From Utricularia gibba (lineage: Eukaryota > Plantae > Magnoliophyta), in contig CM007991.1 of NCBI GenBank assembly GCA_002189035.1, positions 1,116,001 through 1,180,000 on the forward strand: a DNA stretch of 64,000 nt. Direction: 5' to 3'. The notes under the pieces were generated by a model. It had not been told where the DNA came from and searched no databases. It saw nothing but the letters and a program-made list of their open reading frames with translations. The position numbers and the translations under genes were made by a program. Of this stretch, positions 28,219 to 40,550 are shown one piece after another (the first letter of the stretch is position 1; every line of letters begins with the position of its first letter).

Positions 28219-29015
28219 ATCTTATACACCTGGCCTTTAATAATTCCGAATATTCCCTTCCCACTGGCTTATCCAGGGTTGACCCACTGACAATGCGTTG
28301 CTTCCATCGACGGCAATCAATCCGATCCAGTCATCAAGAATCAACTATCGTACAGAAAAGAAACAAGAAACGGGCATCCACTTGGCGAGTACAACCACAT
28401 GGAATATAAAATCGAAAAAGAATTAGAGATGACCGAAGCACAAAATTAGGGCTACTTAAAAACTATGGTCAACGATGATTCTTTTCATTTAGTGAGAAAA
28501 AAAATTAATAAATATGTTTTTTTAAAAAAGGAAAATAGAATTAAACTTACTTCAAAAACAAATAAGATAATATATTTTTATATTAAAATTGTATTTTTGA
28601 TTATTTAATTTCCATGATTGACTATATTATGTGAATTTAATATAAATAATATTTTTATTTAATTTTAATATTCATAGCGTGTACTTATCTATATATCAAA
28701 TTAGAAGTCATTTGAAAAAAGAACAATCGATATTTTCTCTCGCACACCACGCCAAATATTTTATACATACTCAAAAAACAGTGACCAATTTTATAACACA
28801 CCGTTAAATCAGTTACAGTTGACGTTTCATTGTTCCTGTGCTCAATTCTATGGAGTGAGTCTTGTAACAGGAGAAAAAACCAGCGCAGGGTGTTGCTGCT
28901 GCTCGTCCATTTTTCTGTTCAGTGGATCAGCTCCCTGAGGCAAACCAAGCAATCTTTTCTCTGCTTCACACAGTAGCATCCGTACACAACCATGAACCTG
29001 AATAATGAGTCGACA

Positions 29016-29036
29016 AAGCCAAGGATGAGTTGCCCA
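29016..29036 (-). promoter_or_regulatory. miR169 target site in the NF-YA 3' UTR
   Basis: The plus strand reads aagccaaggatgagttgccca, matching 18 of 21 nt of miR169 (CAGCCAAGGAUGACUUGCCGA). It lies just downstream of the NF-YA stop codon, the known location. Confidence 0.92.
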
Positions 29037-29067
29037 GCCACGGCGGCACCGGAGGAAGGACTGCTTC

Positions 29068-29246
29068 TCAACGGACAACCGAGGAGGCGTAATGCCGGTT
29101 CCCATTGTAAATGGGGCCATTGCTTCCACCTTGAGCTCCTCCTTCACAGCAGCTGTTTGGTTCCCTGAAACTTGTCTTGTGATCAAAGAGAAATGTGTGG
29201 GGAGTCGGAGTTGAGCTGGTTGAAGCAAGTGCATATGTTGACTCGC

Positions 29247-29286
<40 letters not shown>

Positions 29287-30292
29287 CTTTGTGCTGAGGA
29301 AACGCCCGCCGCTTCCTCTCACTCTGTTGAGGGCATGCTGATGCCGGGACTCGTGGAGGTAAGGCTGCACAGAGAGTTGGTGTCTGGTGCATTAAGTTCA
29401 TGATTGATTCCAAAAAAACAAAGGTGCAGGAAGCTGGTTCAGCTAGTAAAACCCAAAACGAATAGTTCAACTAGTTCTTCATGGATTCAAGTCTCTTTTA
29501 GTATCTATTTTTCGAGGTGAAAAATCCAGTTTTGGCAGCAGTTACCTTCCTAGCCTTCACCAGTTTGTTCTGAGCCTCTAGCTTTGCACGTGTTTGTCTC
29601 CTCCTAAGTATGCCATGATACTGTTTAGCATTGACGTATATGGGGCCATCCTCAGGAAGACCTGGAGGTAATGGGACTCGGCCAAATGCCCCACTCATCA
29701 TATGGGGCTGAATCTGATCAAATTCTGAGATTAATCAACAAAAACATAGATGGATATCCAACATGCATAAACCTCCAGGGTTCGTCTGAGTTTCGAAACG
29801 TAGACGGGAAAAACTCACCACATTTTGGGCTCCATATGAAGCAAGCACGCCATTGAAGTGGGGATCCGAGTAAGAGTGTTGAAACTGCACTAACAAGAGA
29901 GTTAAGTTAACAGTCAGAAGCATACATGCATTGCGCTTACTCTACTGCTCAAATTTCTCGTTGTAAATTCATCAAAATCTGTGCATCCTCTGAATTCGAG
30001 GTTTGAAGACAATTGCAACAAAAAGAAAATGTTCACAGTAATGAAATGATGGGAAGATACCATTGGTTGGTTTGCTTCAGCTGATGAAGAGTTAACGAAA
30101 ATTTCTGGATTCCCCAGAAAGAAAGCACCTTTCATATCTTGCCCATCTTTCCCATATCTTTCATCAGGTGCTTAATAAAAAAAAAAACTTATCAGCTGAG
30201 TTGAATGAAGAATGAGAACCAAATGCATAGCTGGAGCAGTTTGTACCGGAGTCAGATGATCCACAATGATCATGGGAAGTTTTCTTTTGCAT
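29068..30292 (-). CDS. NF-YA: Nuclear factor Y subunit A (NF-YA / HAP2)
   Basis: The conserved core [33 protein letters not shown]|[22 protein letters not shown] is present and the protein ends ASSVVR*. The start is uncertain; 30292 is the first in-frame ATG I can link by splicing. Confidence 0.92.
29248..29284 (-). repeat. (CAG)12 microsatellite encoding a polyglutamine tract in NF-YA
   Basis: An uninterrupted (ctg)12 on the plus strand translates to Q12 just after RFLSTKK. Confidence 0.95.
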
Positions 30293-33186
30293 ATTTGGTA
30301 ATTTAGGCTGCTTGAAACTAGAATACTTCAGCTTCCTGTAAACTGGATCTTCCGCAAGGAAAACCTGTACAAATTTTGCCAAGATCAACAACTATTCCTG
30401 AAATGGTAAATGGATCTTGAAGTTGTTCCGTTGGTAACTGCTATACAGCCAGCATTAAGCTTTACAACAGGCAAACACGAATTTCCCGGAAAAGAACTAA
30501 AAACGCAGCGTGTGCACCAACAAGAGCCGAGAGCAAATACAAAGGGGTAACAAGAAAATGCATTCATTGTTCGTCAGTTGGGGGACCTCGACTCAACCAG
30601 CTACAAGGACATGAATGAAAATGAGAGTCATCGTACATAGATGAGAATGACCTCTGCAGTTTTTCCAGTCTACCTGTTCTATTCCTTACTCTCCACAGCA
30701 TTACATTGTTAGCTTCCAAATTAATGGTGGTGGTCACACACAACACAGTTCAACTACTCAGATGGTCCTTCTCAACGTGAGACTCCATATTCATAAACAG
30801 AAGCAAATAACTGCTGGTTATCGAAAAAAATGGATTAATCTCAGACACCCCAAGGCAAGATACAGAGGTAATACACCATTTTGATAAAGCTCTCAACCAG
30901 GCCCAATCTAATTACCAAGACAAACCTGCTGTTTAGGAGTCTTTGAATGGCGAATTTAAACTCATAAATGATACAACTGGAGTTTCATCAGTTAAGGAGA
31001 AGAATAATTTGGCGGATTGGCTCACCAATCCATACATGCAATCAGAATTTCTCCATCTACGCATCGAAATATTTGGATCCCAAATGGAAAGACATGTTTG
31101 GGTATCGGAAGACCAATCCAATGGCACAATACAGCCTTAGCAATCAACTTTGTATCTTGACTCGGGAAAAGAGAAAAGTCAACACCCTTTTCGCAAGCAC
31201 AAAAACCTTAAAGCCCCCGCCGTTTCTATCGAGAAAGCCCAACCCCACAAAATCTATAACAGAGAATTTTGATTACCATATAAGAATCAACAAACCCTCG
31301 AATCACTTAACCAATTCTTTTTGTTGCAAAAAAGAAGTTAAAGATAACAACTTTTTGCAAATAAAAAGCACCCTTCAAGAAAAAGGCAATCCAGAGAGCG
31401 GGAGTGAGATACCTTAGCTATCTGGCGCCGATACTTGGAGAAACAGCGATTACTGCAGTTGGGAAAAAGTCGGGCATGCCTCCTTTGGATCTTTCGCTGC
31501 TTTCTTTCTCAGTACAAGACCCTTGAGAACAATCCCCTTTCTTCTACACAAGTACTGGTACCATTTCTGTGTTGATTACAAAGTGGAGACGACACATTTA
31601 GATTTTAGCAGGGGAAGCAGCACTAGAGTACAAAAAACGATAAAGACAGAGGCTGCCACACCACCCACCATCCTCCCCATTCATGTCATCATTATCAATG
31701 TCAAATGCTATTTCTTTTCTGTTTTGTCTCTTAGCACTTCAATCAACTGGGCCCCCATTTCCCATTTCTTCCTTCTCACCATCTCTTCAATTCAAAGGCA
31801 CTTTTGGTGTGATGCACAGTCATAATCTTTGTTGCTGGTCAACAAAGCTTTCACCCTCCATTAAGCCTTTTTTTGGATTGAACACTAAGCTTTTATGTAA
31901 TTTTAAATTGTGTTTCATATTAGATAAAAAAAATTAATTTTAATATTGTATGAATAAAATTAGTTTGAGATTATAAAACTATATTGTGAATAAAATGAAA
32001 TATATAATATAAATATATTCTTAAAACAAATAAAAAGTAATTAGTATAATTTTTTTAAATAGTATCTTACTAATTATTGAAATATAGATTCAAAAAATTC
32101 AATAATTTCCAAAATTAATCACAAAATTTTAATTTCTAATTTCACTATTAAATATTAACAAAACTCATCCTTACCCTAGTCAATTACCACAAACAATTAA
32201 TAAATAATATCATATAAAAAGTCAAAATTCAGAAAAAAAGAGTAGCCTTTTCGTGTCAGTTTTTCATGTTTTTAATTAAAGAACATAAAGAGCAGAAAAG
32301 TACAAGTCACAGGAAATATACCTTTTTCTATTTCCGAATATTTTTTCTATTCTTTTTCTCGAATTATTATTATTATTATTTAATTGGAGTAATAAACCCA
32401 ACACGTTGGCTGGGTATTTCCCAAACAAGGGAACATTCTGGAGATCTCTTTTGACATGAGATGGGCCCTACTTACATGCAATCTCACGTTTTGGGCATTA
32501 TCTTTTTTAGAGGCAAGTGGACTTGGGGAAGTACGGCCCAATTTTTAATTGGGCCTGAGGATAGTAAAGCCCAAGTGATTTTTTTATGACGACCTGTCAA
32601 GTTTCTAACGTAAATGCAAGATGTGTTATTTTTATGCGAGTAAAGCTCAAATAAATGTTTTTTTATTATAAAATGTATTATTTAATACAAATTAATTTTT
32701 CATGTTGATAATAGTTCATTTTATAGTAATGTATTAATATATTTAAATCTATATAATATTTAATATTTCAAAATAAAAATATAACTATATGAATGATATA
32801 TATATAGTTAATCTCTTCTACTTCATTTGTATATATAATTCATATGTTCAAAAAATGAGTATATGAGTTAAATAGCGATTTATATATAAATTTAGTTATA
32901 AATCTTCTATATTATTTAATAAATTTAATCTAAATGATAAACCAGAAATTAACATATTATTATCGAAATAATATAATATAAATTATGCACGAGGCCGCTG
33001 GTGTCTTTCACGCGCTAATCGACTGACCATCGTTTGTAGCCGTTGGATGGAAAGGGTTTCTTTCTTCTCCGCGTCGAGTCTCACGCAGGGTACAAAGAAG
33101 GTTGAATAGAAATCTTCCGAAGATCACCTTTTGAGAATCGAGTTGCATTAATCGCTGTTGCCTAGGGGAATCAAACGTCGACAACC

Positions 33187-34510
33187 ATGAGTTTCTTGTT
33201 CGGAAAAAGAAAGACTCCTGCAGGTGCGTTGCCGGATGTTTTTACCTATGTTTTGATGGTTGGATCCGATTTGTATTCAGGAGAGTTTCGGATTTTGGCT
33301 TCTCGGAACTTGTTTAGAATCATGATTAAAGTTGTGATCTTGGTCGTGATTCGGTTACTTTTGAGACCCACCGTTGGAGAATGGAAAATCTACGATTTGT
33401 GTGTTGAATCGCGCTGTCAGATGTTAAATTTATGATCTTGGGCATGAAGGAATTGGGACTCAAACTCAATGTTAGTTTGAGGCTTGCTATCGTGCTCAGT
33501 CGGTGTATCTTACATATGACTTGTGCATTCCAGAGCTTCTTCGGGAAAACAAGAGAATGCTTGATAAGTCAATTAGGGAAATAGAGAGGGAGCGGCAGGG
33601 ATTGCAAACGCAGGAGAAGAAACTTATTTCAGAGATCAAGAAAAGTGCAAAACAAGGGCAAATGGTACTTGATCACTTGCTTCGTGATGGCTATGCTTGA
33701 AAGTATGAAAGTGTTAGTCAGCTATTTTTGCTTACATATCCATTTGATCTCAAGTGAACTTATTGTAGGGAGCTGTTAAGGTAATGGCTAAGGATCTCAT
33801 TAGAACAAGACATCAGATCGAGAAGTTTTACAAGCTCAAATCGCAACTTCAAGGTGTCGCATTGAGAATTCAGGTTGGTGTGTGTCCACATTTTACTTCT
33901 GTAGCATCCCACTTCTTCTGTTCATGAACTCTGGAATGAGATACGTATTAACAGTTAATCCTTCTGGAATTTGGCATGAGAAGTTTTACAAGTGTTGCAC
34001 ATTTTGAAGTTGGAATTTCTGTTCTTCAGACTTTAAAGTCAACTCAAGCGATGGGGGATGCAATGAAGGGTGTTACGAAGGCCATGGGGCAAATGAATAG
34101 GCAGATGAACCTACCATCCCTCCGGAAGATAATGCAGGAATTCGAAATGCAGAATGAGAAAATGGAACTCACAAGTGAGGTGATGGGAGACGCCATTGAT
34201 GATGCACTGGAAGGTGATGAAGAAGAAGAAGAGACCGAGGAGTTGGTGAATCAGGTCCTCGACGAGATCGGCATCGATATAAACTCTGAGGTACAACCCC
34301 ATCACCTTCTCTTCTACACACCTCAAAAGTACACGAGCTCGTTCTCACTAAACGCTTTCCCCTCCAAAACAGCTTCTTGATGCTCCTTCCTCGGCCATAG
34401 CTGCCCCAGCTGGGAAGAACAAGATCCCACAAACTGAATCATCCGGGAATGATGATGGCGGCATAGACAGCGATCTGCAGGCCAGGTTAGACAATCTGAG
34501 AAAGATGTGA
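33187..34510 (+). CDS. VPS2: ESCRT-III subunit VPS2 (CHMP2, SNF7 family), 5 exons
   Basis: Joined protein: MSFLFGKRKTPAELLRENKRMLDKSIREIERER...GAVKVMAKDLIRTRHQI...TLKSTQAMGDAMKGVTKAM...DSDLQARLDNLRKM* (C-terminal MIM). Introns are GT-AG. Confidence 0.96.
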
Positions 34511-35589
34511 ACTGTGAATTGTGATCGACTTGTATTCTCAAGGTTGGATCAGAACATGTGTATGTGAAATCAGTCAGAATTCACGAGAGAATCATTATTT
34601 GATTGTGAGATTTAAATATACTAAAAAATATCTTCACATTGTATATGAAAAAAATATGAATTCATCATTTTTAATATTATATTACAAAATACACTTTTTG
34701 AGTATGGAATGCATGAACATTTGGGTCACATGGGCATGTGGGTATGTCCCATACATTAGTAATGGGGATTAATGGAGCCCCTAAGCCTGCCTTTGGATGT
34801 GACACTCCTAATGCCATGGATAATAAAGCTGTGGTGTGCAGCATTTGCATTCGCAACTTTCACTATAATCAATCACAAGAATCATATTATATATCATGTA
34901 GCAGCAGAGCCGAGCTACTTGCTTATTTTATATGGGGCATCATACTCAGAGCTGAACTGTCAATCTTGACTTGATCAAATGCTGAAATAAGGGTCATTTA
35001 AAAGTGGCAATCCAGATTTTTATATATCACATATTACGATCATTTTTTTATATAGAATGATTATTTTTCTTACACACTAAAGAGATAATAACCAATTTTG
35101 TAATATATCAGCTGAAATAATGGCTACCAATCTTCAGTTTTAGTACCCAAATTACGTTCTTGAATCCATTCGAAACAGTTTATAATTAATATTTAAAAAA
35201 TTGATTATCATATGACTTCAAATATAAAATGTATTTATGTTGAATGTCGTCTAAGTATGCCTTTTTCAGATGAAAGAGCGAGATAGATAGTGCACGTGAA
35301 ACCCTAATTCATCATTTCAATGTAAAAACACACGCATTATTACAAGGAGTAATACAGACACGACATTTCGTCTTGTTCTTGTAGCATTTGTCTTAAGGGC
35401 ATCACCACCTACCTACTCACGATATGGGTATCACTGGATATTCGTGTCTTGGGCTCCCATGGAAGATTCAGGCAGAAAAAAAAAAAAAAAAAAAAATTCT
35501 TCAAAACCTTGTTCTGTAAAGCTTCCAAACTCTGTAGATGGGCGAAACCTTGATCTACTTACAGAATCACTTTTCAAATGGATCTGAAA

Positions 35590-36206
35590 CTACACCGTTT
35601 CCGGCTTAGAATCCAGGAGCTCCGCCGTGGAACGGCAAAGTGGGCAGCTGGTGTGCCACTTGTCAATACAGGAGGCATGAAAAACGTGCTTGCAGTTCGG
35701 CAGCTGCTTCACCTCTTCACCTTCTTGGAAAACAGACAAGCAGATGGCGCACTCCTCATCTGCTTTGCAATGAATGCACATAACTCAGCATCTAGCTCAG
35801 AATTTAATTTAACATGGTTTTAATGGCGGTTAGGTTCCATCCTGATCGGACATGGAAACGTCCACATTTCGGAGAGTTGAAAACAATAAAAAAGAGTCAT
35901 CAATGTCTCTTCTTTACCTTTCTTCCAAGGTTTCGCGTACTTGAAGCTCGATAAGAATTTCCAAGTAGCTGCTTCTTTGCAAGAGCATCTGGCGGTTGTT
36001 TCCGGGATCGCCGGAGCCCGGTATGTCAGAAAATCTGGGCGACAGCACTTGAAGACGATGAGCTTGTAGAGCGAGATAATGAGAGTCACCACTCCCACAA
36101 CAGCGAGCCCGAAATATAGCAAGTGAATGGACCGGTTGTGATCCGGGGGGTGCTGCGGCTGAACCACCGACGCTGGATTTGAACTGAGAAGGAAGAGCTC
36201 TCTCAT
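35590..36206 (-). CDS. ATL: ATL-family RING-H2 ubiquitin ligase with one inferred intron (35760-35917)
   Basis: An N-terminal TM helix ([19 protein letters not shown]) is followed by LSSFKY and [37 protein letters not shown]. The GT-AG join KK|DEEC is in frame. A TATA-like element sits about 45 nt upstream of the ATG. Confidence 0.8.
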
Positions 36207-36502
36207 GGCCGACAAACTGGGAAGCAGGTGCGCTCGAAGGAGAAGCTTATATAATATGGGGCTTCTCAATATCCCGTACTCATTACATTAAAACAAGCAT
36301 ACCATCAGTAAAACGTATTCTTACAGAGACAGTGAACACATTACATTATAGAAAAACATTGTACGGCTACGTGTTACTCTAAAAGGCAAGGAGAGCGCGA
36401 AGATAAGATTACAACGCCGGAGTTAACCCTATCCGATAGTTTTTGTGGACCAGCAGACTGTCGTTCACTTCACAGCAGAAAAAAAAAAATTCTGATACAG
36501 CC

Positions 36503-36763
36503 TCAGAATGTGGAGAAAATGCTTAAAAACTCACCCAACCCCTCATCAATCAATGCTTTTAGCAGTGGTTTGGTCGCGTTACAGTAAGCAATAACGCCGG
36601 AGCTCGGCTGGACCGTCTGTTTTTGTAGCTTCGTGTGTGCAATGATTGGAGCAAGTGCTACTGCTTCTGCTCCGGAGCCAATCTTCGCATCCCTGCCCTG
36701 TGTGTTGCTCCTTTTATCAGCCATGGCAAGTTCTACCAGAACCGGAACATCCCATCGCATCAA
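36503..36763 (-). other. Unidentified 86-codon ORF or exon-like segment
   Basis: A GC-richer open frame in AT-rich surroundings, ending at a strong donor-like G|GTGAG near 36537. I recognise no family. Confidence 0.25.
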
Positions 36764-38253
36764 GTATCTGGCAGCAACAGCATTTACGTATTTATTCTAG
36801 GGCCCAAGAAGTAGGTGGCCGTTCAAATTAACTTCTTTCTAATTGCGCCTATTTTTTAATAATAATAAATAAAACGCAAATAACAAAATCCTAAGTCCAT
36901 GTGTTTTGATAGTCAAGCGATTTTTTATTTTTTTCTTGTAAATATATATAAAATACATATTTTTTTATTGCTAAAAGATGTATATTTAATTATAATTACT
37001 ATAATTTAAAGATATTATTAATTAAAAACCTAGACAATTTTATTGCACCGCGGGGTATATTCTGCAGACCAGTTTTGTAATAACAAGTGTTGTGTAAAAG
37101 TAGTTGCGAAGGGGGTTCCCTTATCCTCTGGGTGGAGCACCATGAGCCTACGTTCACTAGAAAAACACATGGCGACGTGTCAGCTCAAAGACCAATTGAA
37201 AAGCGTGTTTTTTAAAGGTGCATAACCATGGGAGCTGACAACGGCATGTTCGATACTTTTTTTGTTGCGGCCGATGGTACGTTTTTTTTACAAGTTAATT
37301 TATTTGATATTTAAAATCGTTTAAATTATACCTTATGTTATGAAGTTAAAATGAACACCCATATGTACACATAAAAAATAAAAAATTGAAATCTCGAAAC
37401 TAAACATTAGTTAATTATAAAAATTTCAATTGGGAAAATAAAAGCAATAAATAGGAAAACAAATAAAATTTCAAAAAATGGAGAGGTGAGACCTCTCAGG
37501 GGCGAGTTTTTGAGAGTTAGGTATTGATACCTAACTATTGACTATAAAAAATAATGCGAAACCGATCTGTGTGTTTTATGGAAGTTCATTTAGAAAATTG
37601 ATCACTGTTTTCACATATAGAAATCATTAAAGAAGAAAGAAAGGATGCTAACCAATTATTATCCCAAAACAAACAATGATTTAGAAAACTCCTGCTGACA
37701 CCCGAAAAAAGAAAGAAAGAATGCTAACCAACATCTTTTGTGGTGCATCAGATCATGTTACTTTGGAGGAGGATGTCACCAGTTTTCAGTTTTATAGCAT
37801 CACATTTGCATGCACATTAGCATCTTTCCCATGAAGCCGGCTTGTAGTCCTGTAAGAGGAGCCTCCTGCTGCTGCCTTTCGTCTTCTGCAGGATAATGAC
37901 TGGGGTATGGTAGAAGCTGCGCGAAGAATCATTCCCCTCTGGCATCGCATCCTGCCAGATTCATCACATGCAATCCGAACTGATTAAGATGATCATGGAG
38001 GGATCGAAACTGCAAGGCACTTCACCTGGATTTAAATCCTATTCATACCCAGCTATTGAATTTTAGCAATCTTCCCCGAATTCTTCGTTGTCAAGAATCT
38101 CTAAATAGAGAAGGAAGGAGCAACTGGATTTAGAAGCAGTGCTGTTGACAGTTTGTTGCATGGATGGTATTTTATACAATACCTGGATTTCCGAGGGTAG
38201 GCTTTCTCCATGGAATCGTGAAGCTCAGTCGTGGTCTAAAATAATTTTTGTAC

Positions 38254-38679
38254 CTCTCTTTCCACCATGCATCAGATGGCTCCTCTCCCCCTCCAAGGCT
38301 TTTTTTGTGTGTTATGTTATACACGTCCGTCCCCGAAGATCTCCTGTCGCCAAAATATCTTTTCATTCTCATACTTTTTTCCTTTTCAGGAATTCTAAAG
38401 ACTGCCAGAGAAAATGTTAGTGATTGAAAAGCACCGAGAGGGCCAAAGCAACCATAGCAGAAAAAAAATCATTCTTTGCACTGAAGAAAGACAAATGCTC
38501 CTCATAAAGACAATGTTTTTAAGTAGCAAAGTCAGAACTATGGCTTTCTTACCCTCCATTTCAACCTGAGGCTTACTATTAGAGGATGCTTCCTGAGTTG
38601 TAAAGATCGACACTTACTCTGAATCGCCGCATCAACTCCTCTGCTTGAGCAGCATCTGTTTCGTCCCTGAACTCTTTCA
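38254..38679 (-). other. Candidate spliced transcript of unknown product (exon-like blocks 38679-38553 and 38401-38254)
   Basis: Good splice sites: tttcag|, G|gtaag, ggcag| and AG|gtac. The blocks join in frame to ...KPQVEMEVFRIPEKEKSMRMKRYFGDRRSSG...DAWWKER. No start codon or family is established. Confidence 0.3.
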
Positions 38680-40550
38680 CTGAAACAAATTCAAAAATAG
38701 GTTAACGGAAAGTAGTTTCAATGGGCATAACCAAGGATTTTTTGTCTCTCTTGATATGTTTAGGTCCAAATCTCATCTACATCAACCAAAAAGAATACAA
38801 CCAATAAATGCTATGATTTCTGATCCGGATCCATGGAAATCAGTCCACTTACATTCACGACATGTATATGAAAATTTATACCAGATCAATGCACACAGAT
38901 GGCAGAACTGCAAATCATGCAATGGCCAATGATGAGGGAACGAACATGAAGTTGCATACAAAGAACCCGTTAACGCCATCCATCAAGAATCTGAATAATC
39001 GATACACTGATACGAATCCACGCATCAAGCTGGTAACTTACCTTGTCGAATAAACGGTTTTGTGATCTTGGCGATTAACAGAACAAACTGTGCTTATTGC
39101 TCATCAGGGTAAACAAAGTCCAGGGGCGGTAGCGGCCGTCCTTAGCGTATTAAACTGCATCCACAGATAATACCAATTACCGAAAGCTTGACCTTTTCCT
39201 CCTCCCACAAATAAAGATCGACTTTTTTATTGGAGAACAACAAAATTGAAACAAGCATCCGTACACACGTTTCAGAACTCTGAAATGGCCAATTGAACAC
39301 AACTTCCGCCGTCGAATGAAAAAAAAAAAACATCAATTAGGCGAGTGATATCAGATTAACATCCTGGATTCTGGCAACTTGAACTGACTGCTGGAGTGTT
39401 GCCATCTTGGTGTTGTTCGCATCCTAAGAAATCAATGCCGCGGGAGGCCAATTTGCTCCTCATCATTTAGCCGCATTCTTGGGGAACTGCGAGCCAAAGC
39501 AGAAAACAAAAATTGAGAATTAGGGCTCCCATCTCGCCTCCCAACATCAAACCAATGTTTGAAATAGAATTTCGAATTCGTTAAAATTCCCGATTTTAGA
39601 TTTTTTAAAATAATACTAAATTTTCATTTTTGAATCAAATTCGAAATGTTTTTTTTTAATCTACAAAAGGAATGATAATCCAATCTTCAATTGGATACGT
39701 GATTTTTCTATTTGTGAATACCAAACGTTATTTTTATAAATAGAATTAGGATAATTTTTATATTGAATAATAGAGCATTAAAAAAATCCGCCTTCTTTAT
39801 TTCGGACCTAATTTGGAAATAGGCAGCAGCTCGAACTAAAAAAAGTGGGGCCCGGGTTCTGACAGAGCCCGGAAAATTTAGACGAGGTGGTTGACTGTCG
39901 TTGAACTGGGAAGCCCGCAAACTTTTCTTTTATTTCAATTCCTGTTGAAGGAGGACCGGCAGATGCCGCAGCCTGAGCAGCTGAACTTAACCTGCACACA
40001 ATGGAGCCCAAAATCTGCATCATTTTGTCAAGCAGTTATTCCTAATCACTGTGAATCAGCTTTGAATGGAAACCCATGGTTGCAAGTTATGGGTTTGATT
40101 TCGAAAATTTTAAACAAAAACGGATTGTTGATTGAATGAGTAATCGGAAAATCGAACTGATACTATGTTTGGGTTAGTTCTCGTTGTGTATTTGTTATCC
40201 ATGGAGGTGTTTTATAGGTAGAAAGCCAGTTGGGATTGAGAAGAAAGACATGGGGTTTCTTTTGGAGTAAATTCTCCTACAAATGACAGTGGTTTCATGA
40301 CATGGAGGCATGTTGATAGCCAGGGAAGCATGGGGGAAATCTGCCATGTACCTTTCAGACAACTAAGCAATAGCATTACCAGCCAAAAAGGGAACTTGCA
40401 GCAACCAGATATCAGATAGTAAATTTATGTTTTCACCCTCCTTGGAGTTGCAGACTTGAGCATTTTTTTCTCCTTGTCTTCTGCCAAATGGAAAAATAGA
40501 GAAGAAGTGGTGAGGCAATCTGCACATCTTGTGACCATTGAATGAACTGA

